A DNA stretch of 64,000 nt, taken from Dipteris shenzhenensis (lineage: Eukaryota). The position numbers and the translations under genes are program-made. Shown piece by piece: positions 1 through 14,277 of this stretch. Every line of letters starts with the position of its first letter. The first letter of the stretch is position 1. The notes below the pieces were generated by a model that saw nothing but the letters and a program-made list of their open reading frames with translations, did not search any database and was not told the DNA's origin. The DNA lies in NCBI GenBank assembly GCA_047967505.1, contig CM106538.1; one strand, written 5' to 3'.

Positions 1-702
1 TGGATCTAACATCCAATCACCGAGAATGGGTACATCAGTGGCCAAGAAGGAGGTGTCAGACATAGACAAAAGAATGCCTTCATCACTGCTACTGTCAGTG
101 GAAACCCTGGCATCTATGCCTTGAAGCTCAACATGCTTCTTCTCCTTCTTCCTGTCATTCTTAACCTTGCTCTTCTTCTTGCATTTTCTTAGCCATTTTC
201 AATAATACTTTTTCATGTGGCCATACTTTCCACAATAAAAACATCTAGCACAAGTCCGAGAGCTAGACTTGCTCTTGGAATTCCCCCTTGAACATGGCCT
301 GTTTCTACCAATTGATCTACCTCTGGAGTGCATATCAAGGCTGTATTTCAGCACATCAAGGCATTTCAACCCATCATGCTGTAACATAACACTATCATGG
401 TCATACGTTTGGCATATACGAGTATAGAACTCATATGCATGGCAGTCTACACCCTATACACCATCTTGTACCTGCAAGTAGACTGACTTCGAGAGTGATG
501 ACTGAATGATAGAGCATGCTTGCTCATCCATGTCATCCCAATCACTCTGTTTAATGCTATTAGGTTTGACACCTTTGCATTGAATGGGCTTATGCTGCCT
601 CTTCTGCACTAACACATCATAGATCTGCTCTTTCCAATACTCAAAGTTTGATCCATCCAACCTCTCAATATCAAAGAGGGCACTACCAGCTGTAGATGCC
701 AT
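1..702 (-). pseudogene. degraded copia gag/protease
   Basis: ORFs 454-936 (C-terminal half) and 199-387 match gag of copia C (KFDGTNF.LWKEQI, SKSKS...CxxCGKxGH). Internally deleted and frameshifted. Confidence 0.8.
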
Positions 703-2961
703 ATTTGTGGCACAATAGCTCACAACCAAAGAGCAACATAGTGCAATAGGCAACCCAAATGACCAAAAAATATAGTGTTGTCTAGACCAATCAGGTCTCC
801 AAATAAATTGGCTGATCCAATGCTCAAAAGCACTCAGCCATAAAGAGGCATAAACAAGTATGCAGCCCAGTAACCTGCCAATGCCTGGCAATCCAAGTAA
901 GAAATGCACTAAACCAAATGAGTAATGCCTGCTCAACCAATGGCAATAGGAGCCCAGCTCAACTATCCATAAACATCAGTGCGGCATCCACCAATGCAAA
1001 TCCATAATGCATCGAAATGGCATTTACTGCATCACTAATGCATCACCTCAAGTGTGCAATCCTTTGGCAACAAAATCAAGCATTCACCACTTGCCAAATG
1101 TGCCAAAGTGACTTGCCAAAATGCCAATAATGCCCTTGGACTGAAGTGAGATCCCAATCACTTTTTGTAATTTACTGTTATGCAAGAGAAATCTCATCCA
1201 CTTTGGGCAAGATAACACGCTGTCCTTGTTTTTGAATAGTGATATCTTTTCACCAAAAGATCGGATGCCAAAGCTATAAACAACAAAGTTGTAGCTGGTA
1301 GAAAGATCTACAACTTATCAGTTGAGCTCAAGAGCCAAATCCTTGTGGATTCTCAGATATTCTCACATGAAAAATAGCTTCTTGCACATTGGTCACAAAT
1401 AGACATTAGACTGCAACTTTTTGTGGTTTTGTAGAGGCTGTAACTCCTGCAGCTTATACCGGATCAACTTGCTTCCAAAAGCAAAGTTGTAGTATGTTAT
1501 GTGAACTAAAACAGCAACAGTAGCTTCCTTGAATGTTTGCTGCCCTTTATAGCACTCATCTGCTCTGGCAAAAAATAGCCCCAAAAATGGTCAAAATACA
1601 TCCAGCAGATCACCCCGTATGTCAACTGCAACACCAGCAAAATGGCAAGTACAATGCCCAACCAAATCAGCCCCGAGAATGCTCATAGATTAGCAATAAA
1701 ATAGCCCAAAAGCACTGGCAAAACAGCCCCGAAATGTGCTCCAAACAACGGCAAGTCATTGACAATACATCCTCCTCAGCTGTTCAATGAACTTACATAA
1801 ACACCACCATACATGTAGGTGTAAAACTGTCAAAATGTCCATTGAATCACTGTCAAAATGACCTGAAAGCATGTGTCCTCAGTCGACAAAAGTGTCTGCA
1901 ATGGCCTCTGACAAGAGAACTCTTAACCTGAGTCTCTGTTAGCCTACTATCACTCGGGGAGACCTACACCTGTCCCCGAGCCAAGCCAAGACCAACTGAA
2001 AGAAACTGACGCTGTCTAATGCCCAGCATGGACAAGATGCAGCAAATTATGTCCAACAGGACCCAAATGCATGGGAAAACATGAGCTAACAAAGCTCAAC
2101 TGCAACCAAAAGAAGCTGCATAGTGCACAAGCACATATCCCACACAATGTCCACAAGGCGTACTTCTACAAAATGTCCCACAAAGAGACCAAAATCAGCC
2201 AATGCTCAGCTCCAAGACCTCAAATGCAACACCGGCTATCTCCCAAGCATACAACTGCATCAAACATGCAATCCACAAGCTCCCCAACAGCTCATCTTCT
2301 CCAAAGTGGATGTTGTTGCTATCACTGGGCTGCTCTTCCTTTGCTCACGGGATGGAGTTGCTACTAGTGCTGGGATGCTCTTGTTCCTTTGCTCACATCT
2401 CTTCCTTTTGAAATAGCTTGTTTCGTGCCATCCTCTCAAGGGCACCTCTAGTGTCCACGGCTCCATTAGCCCTTACAAGTGCCTCAGACTTGAAATACTC
2501 TCCTGCTCACGAGCCATCAGTAGCAGCTGCATCTACAAAGAGCTTCCCTACAGCCCTCCATGCAAGCCTCACCTCCAATGATGAGCAAGATTCACTTGCA
2601 AGGGAATCTATGGCCGCGCCACGGCTCCATAAGCTGGCAACACACGACGTCATCGATGATCTCCATCGATGGTCTCCTTCCAACGCTAGGCGATCGACTC
2701 CACAACCCTTCTCATAAACGAGCTCAAGGGCTCACAGGAAATCTGAAATGCCACCACCAGCTGCTCAACAAGCTCCTGGACGGCTTCCGAACAAGCTCCG
2801 CAAAATGGCAAAGAAATATGTCTGGATGATGTCTACCCAAAATCTCTCTGTGAATGAGAGAATCGAGCTCTTCAAAGCTCCCAGTAGATCTCTCGAAGCA
2901 GTGCCCATTCTCCTCTCACCGAGCTCCTCGTAGATCGAATGCCATGGGCTCTGATACCAGT

Positions 2962-3109
2962 TGTGGGGGAAGAGGGAGCACTCAGGAAGGGATAAGAGAC
3001 ACCGTATATGGTGGAGCAAAAGCTACTCCAGCTTATTCCTCTATCATATATATATGAGTATACATGGGCACTGTACAAGTGGGTGGGCACACTGCCCTTT
3101 ACCCCAACA
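2962..3109 (-). repeat. 5' LTR of copia A (148 bp)
   Basis: TG...CA termini, separated by 2 nt from the PBS. Its 5' end resembles the LTR of copia C. Confidence 0.85.
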
Positions 3110-5248
3110 CTCTTCATGATGTAGACTACTGTAGCAACTGCTTCAGCCCAATAATAATCTGGTAGGTCTTTTTCATTTAGCATGGCCCGAGATACCTCTC
3201 CAATAGGCCTGTTTTTTCTTTTTGCAAGTCCATTTTGTTGTGGGGTATGACTGCATGAATATTGCTGCTTTATGCCATGCTCCTGTAGGAACCTTGCAAA
3301 CTCATTTGAGAGATACTCTCTCCCTCCATCTGACCTTAGGCATTTTATTTACAGGCCTGTTTCTTCTTCAACCATAGCTTTAAAAGCTTTGAAATGCCCA
3401 AACACTTCACTTTTCTTTTTCATAAAATGCACCCAAACTTTTCTATTGTAGTCATCAATAAAAGTGACAAAATAATGACAGCCTCCAATAGATGCAGCTT
3501 TAGTAGTCCACACATCTGAGTGGATTAATTCCAATGGCTTCTTACTCTCTTGAGCATGTCTAGGAAATGGTCTCCTTGCCTGTTTTCCAAATTGATAGGC
3601 TTCACATACCTTATGCATTTCTGCAACCTTAAATTTAGGCAATCCTACAATAATATTTTGGGCCTGCATTGATTTAAGTCTCTGTACATTAACATGACCA
3701 ATGAGTTTATGCCAGATATCAATATCTGCAACTACATCGGTCCCATGTGCAAACATTGCTGCACTCAATTCAGGCATGTCCACATCCAACGTAAACATCC
3801 TATCCTTCTTCTTTCCTTTTACTATCAAGCGACCGTTATTTTTCATATCCTCAACAAAGCATCCATGAGGATTAAATCTGACTTGCAAGCCCTGCTCAAC
3901 CATTTGACCAATAGAAACCAGGTTCTTGGTGATATTCGGGACATGAAATACATCAGATAGGTATTTCTTTTTCCCATCCTACATAGACAAAGGAATTTTA
4001 CCAATCTGCACAATAGGATGTGCAGTATCATCATCAGTCTCCACAAATCCTGGTCTTTCCATTTTCCTTACATCCTGCATCCATTCTACATGACTTGTCA
4101 TGTGGTTTGACGCACCTGAGTCAACATACCACACATCATTACTTTCTTCTACACTTGTCACAGAATTAGCGATGTGCTGCACCATAAACAAATGCTCATT
4201 TCTGTCATCACTTTGTCTACTAGAAGATGCATAATTGCCTTGCTGCAATTTTCCATTCATAATGTCATTCTACTTTTTATAGTAGTCTTTAGCCATATGA
4301 CCCATTTTACCACAATAGTAGCATTCAACATTGCTGTTTGCATTTTGGCCTCTCTGCCATCCACCACGACCTCTTTGGCTCCCCCTGCCTCTAGAGTTAC
4401 CATGTCCTCCTCCATAGGACTGGTTTTCTTGAGTTTGTTGCATATTCTGATTTCTACCATGGCCTCCAGATCGGCGTCCTCTACCTCTGCCTCTGCCTCT
4501 ACCTCTTCCAGCATTTGAGTAGAAGACACTTTCTTTTGAAGTTCCTCCTGAAGAAGATGCACCACCATTTCTCTAATCTTCAGAAATTAGAAGAGCAAAC
4601 AACTCCTCAAAATCAGGAAATTTTTCATGGACGGCAATGGATGTTCGGAACTGTGCATAATCCTTTCCTAGACCATTCAAGGTCACAGAAACTAGATCAT
4701 CATCTTCCACTGGCGACCCAATGGAAGCAAGTGCATCTGCAATTTTCTTCACCTTCACGTGGTAGTCATTGATGCTCATATTTTCTCTCTGCACATTGTG
4801 CAACTCTTGCTTCAGCTGCATTTTCCTGGCTTGCGTATTTGTGCTGTACATTTTTGCCAAAGTATCCCATGCCTCCTTTGACGTATTTGCATCCTGAATA
4901 TGCACAATCATAGAATTTGAAATACTGATAGACAGCCAATACATAATTTTTCTGGCTCTCTCATGCCATCCTTTAAATGCTTGCATTTCCTGTTGATTGG
5001 GAACATTAGGAAGAACTGGTTCTTCTTCATTTCCTGTAATGAACTCCCAATAGCCTTTTCCCATAAGGAAATTCATCATTCTAAACTTCCATGCTTGGAA
5101 GTTGTTCTTGTCAAGCTTTTCAGTGACAATCTATGAAAGAGAATCAGACGCCATTACAGAACACTACAAAATACTCTGTCACTACAAAAAACACAGCTTC
5201 TGCCTCACACAGGCAAATCTACAAAACTGACAAAGGTGGTATTTGACC
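3110..5248 (-). mobile_element. Ty1/copia B fragment (gag-PR-GAG-pre-integrase-IN), same family as copia D
   Basis: ORFs 4573-5079, 3979-4260 and 3349-3903 are near-identical to 44046-45953. Cut at integrase YIM| by the copia A LTR; homology to D ends at ~5248. Confidence 0.9.
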
Positions 5249-6888
5249 GGCTACTCAGCATCTTAGGATTAATGATGTTGAGGCTCCGCTGGGCTTGTGG
5301 CAAAATCACAATCTACCATGCGACTTTGGCTCAAGTATTTTGGGTGCCATCTAAATCTATCCAAAGGAAATTATATACTAGGTGCCTTAGCTACCCCATG
5401 TAGCCTTGATGAAAGGGGCTATGTACTAGGCTCTGGCAAGGAGTACCTAGTTCACCTCTAGAGCCCTGCTTGCTAGAGAGAGTTTTGGACAAGCTCCAAT
5501 AGAGAAGCTTGCATCATACACTCTCCAAGACTAGGGCTATCTGGTGCTCCACTAAAATATCTATGCCCACCTGGCACCCAAGATACCACACCGTCTGCCT
5601 CCACGGGATCCATTTAAAACCATGGGCCACCCTCCCATCTTGAATCTGTTGAACCTCCTCAGTGGTTTTAAGGAAGCCCATTGATTTGGTTCGGTTGATC
5701 CTGGCACATGAAGCCATACAAGATGTAGCTAGAGCCCTCCTAACCACCTCTAGGCTCTTTGTCGAGCCCTCCACATAAAGTGCTATGGCATTTGCAAACT
5801 TCAATTCCAATAGCTCCTCCTCCTACCGAATTGCAAGTCTCATCCCTGTAAGGCCCCCGGCTTGTTAGCATAAAAAAGAACCCTAGGCCTCAACCACAGA
5901 AAGAAACGGGAAGGGGGTGAGGGGTAGCCTTGCTGAGCGGGAGAGAGAGGAGGTGCAACCTATGTGACCACCAATAAGCATATGATTGGAACTACTTGAG
6001 TGACTACCAATAAGCATGTGCTACCTGTGTGACCACTAATAAGCATATGATTGGAACTACCTACTTAAAGGACTGAGACCCCTTTGATCCACCTGTTGGA
6101 GAAGCCCAACCACTACATAGTTACCTCTAGGAGGAAGGGTTGCTCCTAGGGCCTAGTCAAGAGTCTCCCAAAAAGAAATGTTGTCCAAGATATTGTGTTC
6201 TTGGACAAACTGTGTCTAAGTGTCATGGATAATGTCCACCAAATGTGACCACCAACACAGGCTCAAGACCTTAGCTAAGATCTTGAAGGTTGTGTCTAGC
6301 AAGGTGATTGGCCTCCACTATCATAGGTCTACTCTATTGCCTCCTTTTAGGATTAAAAAATCCACCTTTTGCTCAAGGACTTAGGAAGAAAGCGCATGTC
6401 GAAGATCTCTTGGAAAGCACGCAGGAGAGGGGACCTACAAATGTGCTCCTGAAAGCACCTAAAGAAGGTCATCATCAAGCTATCCTCTCTCGAGCACTAT
6501 TGCAATGAAAGTGCCTACAAAGCCTTTGAGAGCTCTTGATCTATAAATGGCATTTCTAATTGCATATTCATACTATGCAACACCACTAACAAAAGGTGCT
6601 TCCAGACAGTCTCCCTAGCAGTTGACCACTTGGGGGGGACTTCTCCTTTGCTTGGAATAGTCTTTGGTAAAACTCAATGGTCATCGCAAGAATCTCGTAG
6701 GGATCTGAGTGCATAATGCCATTTGAGCCTCTCAATCCACTATAATTATGTCCCCGTGGACCTAGGGTCTGTACTTTGAAAGAAACACTTGGTCATCATG
6801 TCCCCCATGCACCCAGCAAGATCTGGAGTAGTGATAGGAGAAGTCTACCCAATGTCCCTCTGTATCTTGGAGGTCCAAATGTGTGCAC
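5249..6888 (-). mobile_element. degenerate L1-like LINE, reverse transcriptase part
   Basis: Minus-strand QG(x)P...PFPFLSVVEALG at ~5880-5940, ELKFANAIALY (F-A-D-D-like), INRTKS and WYLG (ORF 5514-5810). Many stops. Confidence 0.65.
5962..6063. repeat. short tandem repeat (3 imperfect copies of gtgaccaccaataagcat...)
   Basis: Copies visible at ~5964, ~6000 and ~6029. Confidence 0.7.
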
Positions 6889-8331
6889 TGAAGAGACATG
6901 GTAGCTAGCTAGGAACGGAATGGAAGTATGGAAAGCATAATGAAAGGCAAAATGGAAAGGAAGGAAAGTACAAGTGCAAGGCAATAACCAAAATACTCAC
7001 AATGTATTGATAGCTTGATGTTGACTAATATAATAGACAATAGACAAGTACAACACTATATAGTGTGACACTAGACTCTAGAAAGCCATAGTGTATATGG
7101 GATGTCTCCCAATATGACACGTGGCATGCCTAGGACTCACTAGACTATAAAACACACCTAGAACACTCATTTTAGTCTCATTTTGGCTTCATATTCCAAC
7201 ACCCCCCCATGAAGGCAAGGTGAGAGACTACTGGAATGGAACCAAGAATAGAACATGACAATGACGGTCTAAGGTGAGAGACTATTGGAATGGAACCAAG
7301 TACAGAACATGACAATGACGGTCATCAAACTATGCACCCTATGTAACTCAGAGGCTAAAGTCAAGCCTGTTCAAAGGTTGATCCAAACACTCTCATGGCT
7401 TGAGACTCAACATGCTCAGAGGCTCATGTTATAGCATGGCTACATGACCAGCTCATAGATCTAGGAATACACCAACATCCTGGATGGCCAAGCTTGATAA
7501 CGAGACCTATCAAAGCCAATACATGGCTCCCACAATGCATATCCCTCTAAAACTATCAAAGCCAATACATGGCTCCCATAGTTCATCTCCCCTTGGCTTC
7601 ATAACAGGACATGTTAGGAAGCCACACACCAAAATAGGAAAACCAATACATCTTTTTAGGACTATCCAAGGCAGAGGACCTTTAGACTCAATGACAACCA
7701 AACACTCAATACATATCATTTTAGGGGGACTACCTAGGGCTCATCGTCCACAAGTCACAGAGAGAGCAATAGAAACCTTACCACTCTAGGATGTCTTTGT
7801 AGCTGAAGGAAGGAGAAGAGCTCACCAAGGAAAGGGAAGAGAGGTGGTAGAAGCTCAAGTTGGAGAAGACAGCGTTGGAGGAGAATCCCAATGTTGATGA
7901 AGCCTTCAATGGAGAGGAGTAGGGAAGGGGAGCTCCTCCAAGAGAAGAGAGGGCAATTTCTCTTTCCGGCCACCCTCTACATCATGGAGAAGCAAGGAGG
8001 AAGGGAAGGTAGGAAGGAAGACTCTAATACCATATGAAGAGACATGGTAGCTAGCTAGGAATGGAATGGAAATATGGAAAGCATAATGAAAGGCAAAATG
8101 TAAAGGAAGGAAATTACAAGTGCAAGGCAATAACCAAAATACTCATAATGTATTGATAGCTTGATGTTGACTGATATAATAGACAATAGACAAGTACAAT
8201 ACTATATAGTGTGACACTAGACTCTAGAAAGCCATAGTGTATATGGAATAACTCCCAATATGACATGTAGCATGTCTAGGACTAAGTAGACTATAAAACA
8301 CACCTAGAACACTCATTTTAGACTCACTTTG

Positions 8332-11300
8332 TGTGGGGGTTAAAGGTCACTGTGCCTTTATCCCGGTTATCTACAATACTCAAACACATATATAAATGAA
8401 TGAAAAAGAAGATTAGGGTGTTCTGCACCCACCAAAACTTGTGTGGCTCTCTGTTTCTCTCTCTCCCTCTTCCGTTCTTGCTTCCGTTGAGAGCATTCTC
8501 AACTGGTATCAGAGCCCGGGTGATCTAGCTGAGCGTGCGTGAATGCTTGGAAGCTCAGCAGCTCTGTGGAGGAAGGAGAAGCTCTGTGGGAAGCTTTGTG
8601 GGTGACTTTACTTGCATCCGAGTGTGTAGAGACCTTGGAGGAACCTTTGGAAAAGTCACTTTGGTTTTGCGAAGTGGATTTGAGAGCCTGTTAAGTGTTT
8701 TCAAAGAAAAAGTCATTTTTTGAGCTTTTCCCTGTTCTGTTCGATGACAGAGACTCCATATTGACTTGTAGAGGCAACTATTGCTTGCTTTTGGTGTCCA
8801 CTTCATTCAGGAGCTTGGAAACACCTTCATTCTTGAATCTGGGATCATTTCATTAGATTTCTGACTCACTGTGTCAGTTTTTGCGTTTTTCTGCCCGGGT
8901 GCTGGAACTCAAGTTTGGAGCAACCATTTGCAGATCTGTCAGTTCCGGTGGACTTAGGAGGTCCTAAAACTTCTATGTTACTCATCATTCGCACTCCGGT
9001 GGAGTTTACAAACAGCTCTGTTTCCAAAAACGTTTTTTAGTCTGTGTGTTGGACCCAGTGATTGAGACCATGGTTTCCAAAACCGTCTATCCCAATACGT
9101 TCCGGATGCCCAAAAATCCCTACCTGTTAGTTCTTACGCCATTCGGTGGAGGATTTTCAGAGTTATAGATCTCTGTGTATTCGATTTCGTCTCTCTGTTA
9201 TGCATTTTTCATTCTAAGGTTTTGAAACCTTAGATTTATGCCACATGGCAGTGGATAAGTGTTGACTCCCATTTCTCACTCATTGGTTGGGATTTTGGAG
9301 TTCCGGCAGAAGAGAGATATTTGCAGATTTTCTTGCTGAGTCCGATTATGAAATGGTGCCCATGTTTTGAGGCATCTCAGGTTCTATTTTCAGTAGCGGT
9401 CATTATCGTGGGACTATGATTTCTTGAGCATACCTTATGCAGATCACTCTGGTTGCAGTTTGAGCAGTGGTTTGAGCAGTGTGCGCTCATTCGTGGTGTG
9501 CATTGGGTTGCAGTGGATGATTTATAGGCCATTTGGATGCATTGCGTCCTTATTGGATGCGCTGATAGGCCCAAATTACCTTGTGGGATGCTATTTTTAT
9601 GGACGCTTTGTACATGGATGCTATTTTATGCTGAGGGATAGCTTTGACACATTGCAGGTGATGCACTGATAGTGCTATGCTCTCTTGGATGAGATATTAT
9701 TAATGCATATGCTAGTGGACGGTGTTTATGCTTGAGTCATTTGGCACTTATTGGCATTTTCGATTGCCATTGTAGTTGGCATTTTCTTTTGGGCCAGATT
9801 TGCTCATATGGATGCATAGTATATGCACATGAGTCAGATGCTTTGAGACATGAGTTTTGGTGATATTTCACTCTATTGTGGTATACACATTTGGGTGCAC
9901 CTAGTATTTGGTGTGATTCTCTCTTGTAGGCACTAGCATTTGGGATTTTTCCTTCATTTGCATCATGGCATCCTCTTTCATGTCTGAAAAGGAGTTTTTT
10001 AGCATTAAAAAGTTTGATGGGACAAACTTTTCTTTATGGAAAGAACAAATAAGGGATGTGCTTATTCAAAAGAAGCAAATTAAACCCTTGGCAGGGATTG
10101 AAGCTAAGCCTGCAAATATGTCTGAGGATGATTGGAATGAGTTGGATGCATTAGTAAAATCTACTATTAGACTTCATCTTGTAGAGTCATTTTATTTCAC
10201 AGTAGTAAATGAGCAGACTACGGAAGATTTGTGGAAGAAATTGTGTGCCACTTATGAGAAGGAAACTATCTCTAATAAAGTTTACCTCATAAAGAGGTCG
10301 TTTGAGCTGTAGATGAAGGAAGGGGTCTCCATTGCTTCTCACTTGAATGAATTCAATATTATTTTCAGCCAGCAGCTTCAGGCTCAGAAGATGAATTTGG
10401 ATGCGGAGACTAAGGAAATATTTCTCTTATGTTCATTGCCATCCTTATGGGATACCTTCCGTACAGCTGTCAGTAACTCTGCACCTGGTGGAGTACTGAA
10501 ATTTGATGATGTTGTGGGTAGCTTGTTGGCCGAGGAGATTAGACGGAAGTCTATGGACGGCAACAAGCAGGATGCAGCCTTAAATGTGCAAAGGGGCATA
10601 TCACAGTTCAAGGAGAAGTCCCAAGAAAGAGGGAAGTCTCGTAGCAAATCCAAGGCACGGAACATTGAGTGTTACCACTGTGGCAAGAAGGGCCATATGA
10701 AAAAAGGATTGCTACAAGCTGAAAAGAGAGCAAAAGGATAAGAAAAAGAATGCAAATTGGGGTGCAAATCAAAAGGAAGAGAGTCCAAGGGAGGACAAAG
10801 GAAAAGTGAAGATTGAGGAGATCAATGCAGTCACACATGATAGTGACAATGACGTTCTCTTCATGTCTAGTTTATCTGCAGAGTTGCTTACCACTTTAGA
10901 TGATGCATATCCCCAGGATTGGATTTTGGATTCTGGTGCTTCATTCCATGTTACTCCCCATAAGGAATGGTTCTCCACTTATGATAGTGGAAAGACAGGT
11001 TGTGTGCATCTTGGAAATGACTATGCATGTGACATAGTGGGAGTAGGTGACATAAAGTTTTCTTTTGCAAATGGGTCTGCATTTATTTTAAAACATGTGA
11101 GACATGTGCCTAAGTTGACCAAGAGTCTTATTTCACTGGGTCAGCTAGATGATGCTGGTTTTCACACCACTTTTGGCTTTCAGAGTTGGAAAATTCAGAA
11201 GGGCTCTATGCTTTTGGCCAGGGGTGCCAAGTGTGGGACTTTGTATCCCTTACATGTATCAGGGGTATTTGATCATGTTGTTGCAATAATTGAGAAGCCA

Positions 11301-14256
11301 AGCACTTCTTTGTGGCATTGTAGGTTGGGGCACATGAGCCAGAATGGAATGAAACTCTTATGCCGTTTGGGTTATGCACCGCATTTGAGCTTCTCTGATT
11401 TTGAATTTTGTGAGCACTGTCTCTATGGGAAGCAGACTAAATCAGTCCATAAAAGAAGGGGAAAGAAAGATTTTGAAAAGCTTGATTTGGTGCATTCAGA
11501 TGTATGTGGTCCTATGACTACACGGTCATTAGGCGGGGCGAAATACTATGTGACATTCATTGATGATGCAACTAGGAAAGTGTGGGCTTATGCTATAGCT
11601 CGGAAGAGTGATGTGTTCCAGGTATTTCAGAAATGGCTTGCCTTGGTTGAGAATCAGTCAAGTAGAACGCTTAAATGCCTACGGAATGACAATGGTGGAG
11701 AGTATCTCTCTCATGACTTTTAGCATTTCTATGATACACGTGGGATTAAGAGGGAGCTCACATCCCCTCGTACTCCAGAGCAAAATCCAGTTACAGAAAA
11801 GATGAACCGTACTGTTCAAGAAAGGTTACAATGCATGCTTTCCAATGCAAGTCTTTTTGGTGGTTTTTGGGTTGAGGCAATGCAGACTGCAATGCATGTG
11901 ATCAATAGATCACCTAGTAAGAGTTTGGATGGTGGTATTCTTGAAGAGGCATGGAGTGGCAAGAAGCCCTCTTACTCTCATTTGTATATATTTGGGTGTG
12001 AGGCATATGCACATGTGCCAAAAGAGCTTCGAAAGAAGCTAGATCCTAAGTCTAGGAAATGCATCTTTCTGGGTTATGGTGAAAGTGGAGAGATGGGCTA
12101 TCGTCTCTGGGATCCAGAAGCAAAGAAGATCATACGCAGCCATGATGTAGTCTTCAATGAGAAAAAGATGCATAAGGCACCCATGAGGGATGTGGAAATG
12201 AGGAGAATCACTTTCCAAGATGTGAATCCACCTACATATGTTGATAGATAGCAAGCTGTCCATGCACCAAATGTGCAAGAAATGGTACCACCAAATACTT
12301 CCACAGGTATACAATCAAGGGTAGATGATGGGTCATCTATTGGTGGAAATGATGAGCCAAATGTGGCTAATATGCAGGTGGGACAGCAAGCTGAAATGCC
12401 CTTGAGAAGATCATCTAGAGTGTCTAGACCGCCTGATAGGTTTGTTTCAGGGGTAGACTATGTGATGCTTACTGATTGCGGGGAGCCTTCTTGCTACAGA
12501 GAGGCTATGATGCGCGAGGATCAACGCAAGTGGGAGTATGCTATGCAATCAGAGATGAGTTCACTTATGAAGAATAAGACTTGGGACTTGGTTTCTTTGC
12601 CACATGGAAAGAAAGCATTGCCATATAAATGGGTCTACAAGATGAAGGTCACAGGTGATGATGTGCCTAGGTACAAGGCCCGTTTGGTCGCTAAAGGGTT
12701 CAAGCAAGAGAAGGGTGTGGACTTTAATGAGATATTCTCTCCAGTTGTGAAGATGACCACACTTAGATGCATGCTTGGACTAGTGGCATCAGAGGATATG
12801 GAGCTTATGCAGATGGATGTCAAGACAACTTTCTTGCATGGGGATTTGCATGAGGGAATTTACATAGTGTAGCTGGAAGGCTTTGAAGAAAAGGGCAAAG
12901 AGCATTTAGTTTGCAAGCTGAAGAAGAGTCTCTATGGTCTTAAGCAAGGGCCTAGAGAATGGTATCAGAAGTTTGATGCTTTCATTCGGTCCAAGGGTTT
13001 TAGAAGGAGTGAAATTGATCACTGCCTCTACACTAAAAGGGCTAAGGATAATAGCCTGATAATCTTGGCACTATATGTGGATGATATGCTATTGGCTAGC
13101 AAGAATACTTATGAGCTAGATGCATTAAAGGCCAAGTTGCATGAGGCCTTTGATATGAAGGATTTGGGACTTGCAAGTCATATTCTTGGTATGCGCATTA
13201 CGCATGATCGGAGTAGGAAACTCCTTTGGCTTTCACAAAAAGAGTATGTTACAAAAGTATTGCAACGTTTCAATATGGAGGGGCGTAAGGTAGTGAGTAC
13301 TCCATTGCATCTATATGTGAAACTGAGTCATATAGATAGTCCCAAATCAGATGAGAAAAGGACCATGATGGCCAAGGTTCCTTATGCATCAGTAGTTGGG
13401 AGTCTTATGTATGCTATGATAGCTACTAGACCAGACATTGCGTTTGCAGTGGGAGTTGTTAGCCGGTATATGGCTAATCCAGGAAAGAGGCATTGGGAGG
13501 CAGTTAAGTGCATCATGAGGTACATGAAGGGTACCAAGGAGATGTGTATTTGCTTTGGTAGAGGAGACACGCATGTACTTGGGTACACAGATTCAGACTA
13601 TGCAGGGCATGTGGATAGTAGGAGATCCACTTCTGGTTATGTGTTCACCTTTGCAGGTGATTCAGTGTCGTGGATGTCTCGCGCACAGAAGTGCATTGCT
13701 TTGCCTACCACAGAGGCTAAGTATGTTGCAGCCACAGAGGGTTGCAAGGAGGCTATATGGCTTGATCGGCTAGTGGGAGATTTGGGGATTCATACAGATG
13801 TACCGACATTGCATAGTGATTCCATGAGTGCTATTCAGCTAGCATGGAATCTGGTCTTTCATGCAAAGACCAAACACATTGAGGTTAGGTACCATTTCAT
13901 CAGGGAGGTACTTGAGGACAAGCGCATAGAGCTTGTCAAGGTTCATACAGACGATAACCCTGCAGATATGCTAACGAAGAGTCTACCTAGTCAGCGGTTT
14001 GAGTATTGTCGTGTATTGATGGGCATTGGATAGTATGCTCACTGGTTGTTCTCCCTTAAAGGCACATTGTCCTTTAAGTGGGAGGTTGTGGGGATTAAAG
14101 GTCACTGTGCCTTTACCCCGGTTATGTACAATACTCAAACACATATATAAATTAATGAAAAAGAAGATTAGGGTGTTCTGCACCCACCAAAACTTGTGTG
14201 GCTCTCTGTTTCTCTCTCTCCCTCTTCCATTCTTGCTTCCGTTGAGAGCACTCTCA
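8332..14256 (+). mobile_element. structurally complete Ty1/copia retrotransposon C
   Basis: 170 bp LTRs at 8332-8501 and 14087-14256 (6 mismatches counted). PBS tggtatcagagc 8504-8515, PPT aagtgggagg ~14076-14085, TSD ctttg/ttttg, domain order gag-PR-IN-RT-RH. Confidence 0.96.
9965..14033 (+). pseudogene. copia gag-pol polyprotein, 4 in-frame stops and 1 frameshift
   Basis: Motifs CYHCGKKGH, WILDSGAS, HCRLGH, VHSDVCGP, YKARLVAKG, LYVDD, YTDSDYAG, KHIEVRYH. TAG stops at 10310, 11721, 12249 and 12870; one extra A at ~10700. Confidence 0.93.
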
Positions 14257-14277
14257 TTTTGGCTTCATATTCCAACA

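Larger units (their letters stand above)
1..3109 (-). mobile_element. Ty1/copia LTR retrotransposon A, 5' part (continues beyond window start)
   Basis: Short LTR 2962-3109 (TG...CA, tgtgggg/ccccaaca ends) and reverse-complement tRNA-iMet PBS gctctgatacca at 2948-2959. Degraded gag starts at ~702 (IERLDGSNFEYWKEQI; zinc knuckle CFYCGKYGH) and a protease-like DWMLD motif lies at the window edge. Confidence 0.88.
6889..14277 (-). mobile_element. non-autonomous TRIM-like LTR element 1 (interrupted by copia C)
   Basis: LTRs at 6889-7201 and 8035-8331 + 14262-14277 (tgaagagaca...tccaaca). PPT ccccccc at 7202-7208, degenerate PBS actctaatacca at 8021-8032, TSD tgcac/tgcat, ~830 bp non-coding interior. 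Confidence 0.88.

Noticed and set aside
2071-2933. Plus-strand ORFs in the copia A leader
   Set aside because: Short, overlapping in several frames, no motifs; cannot be supported as genes.
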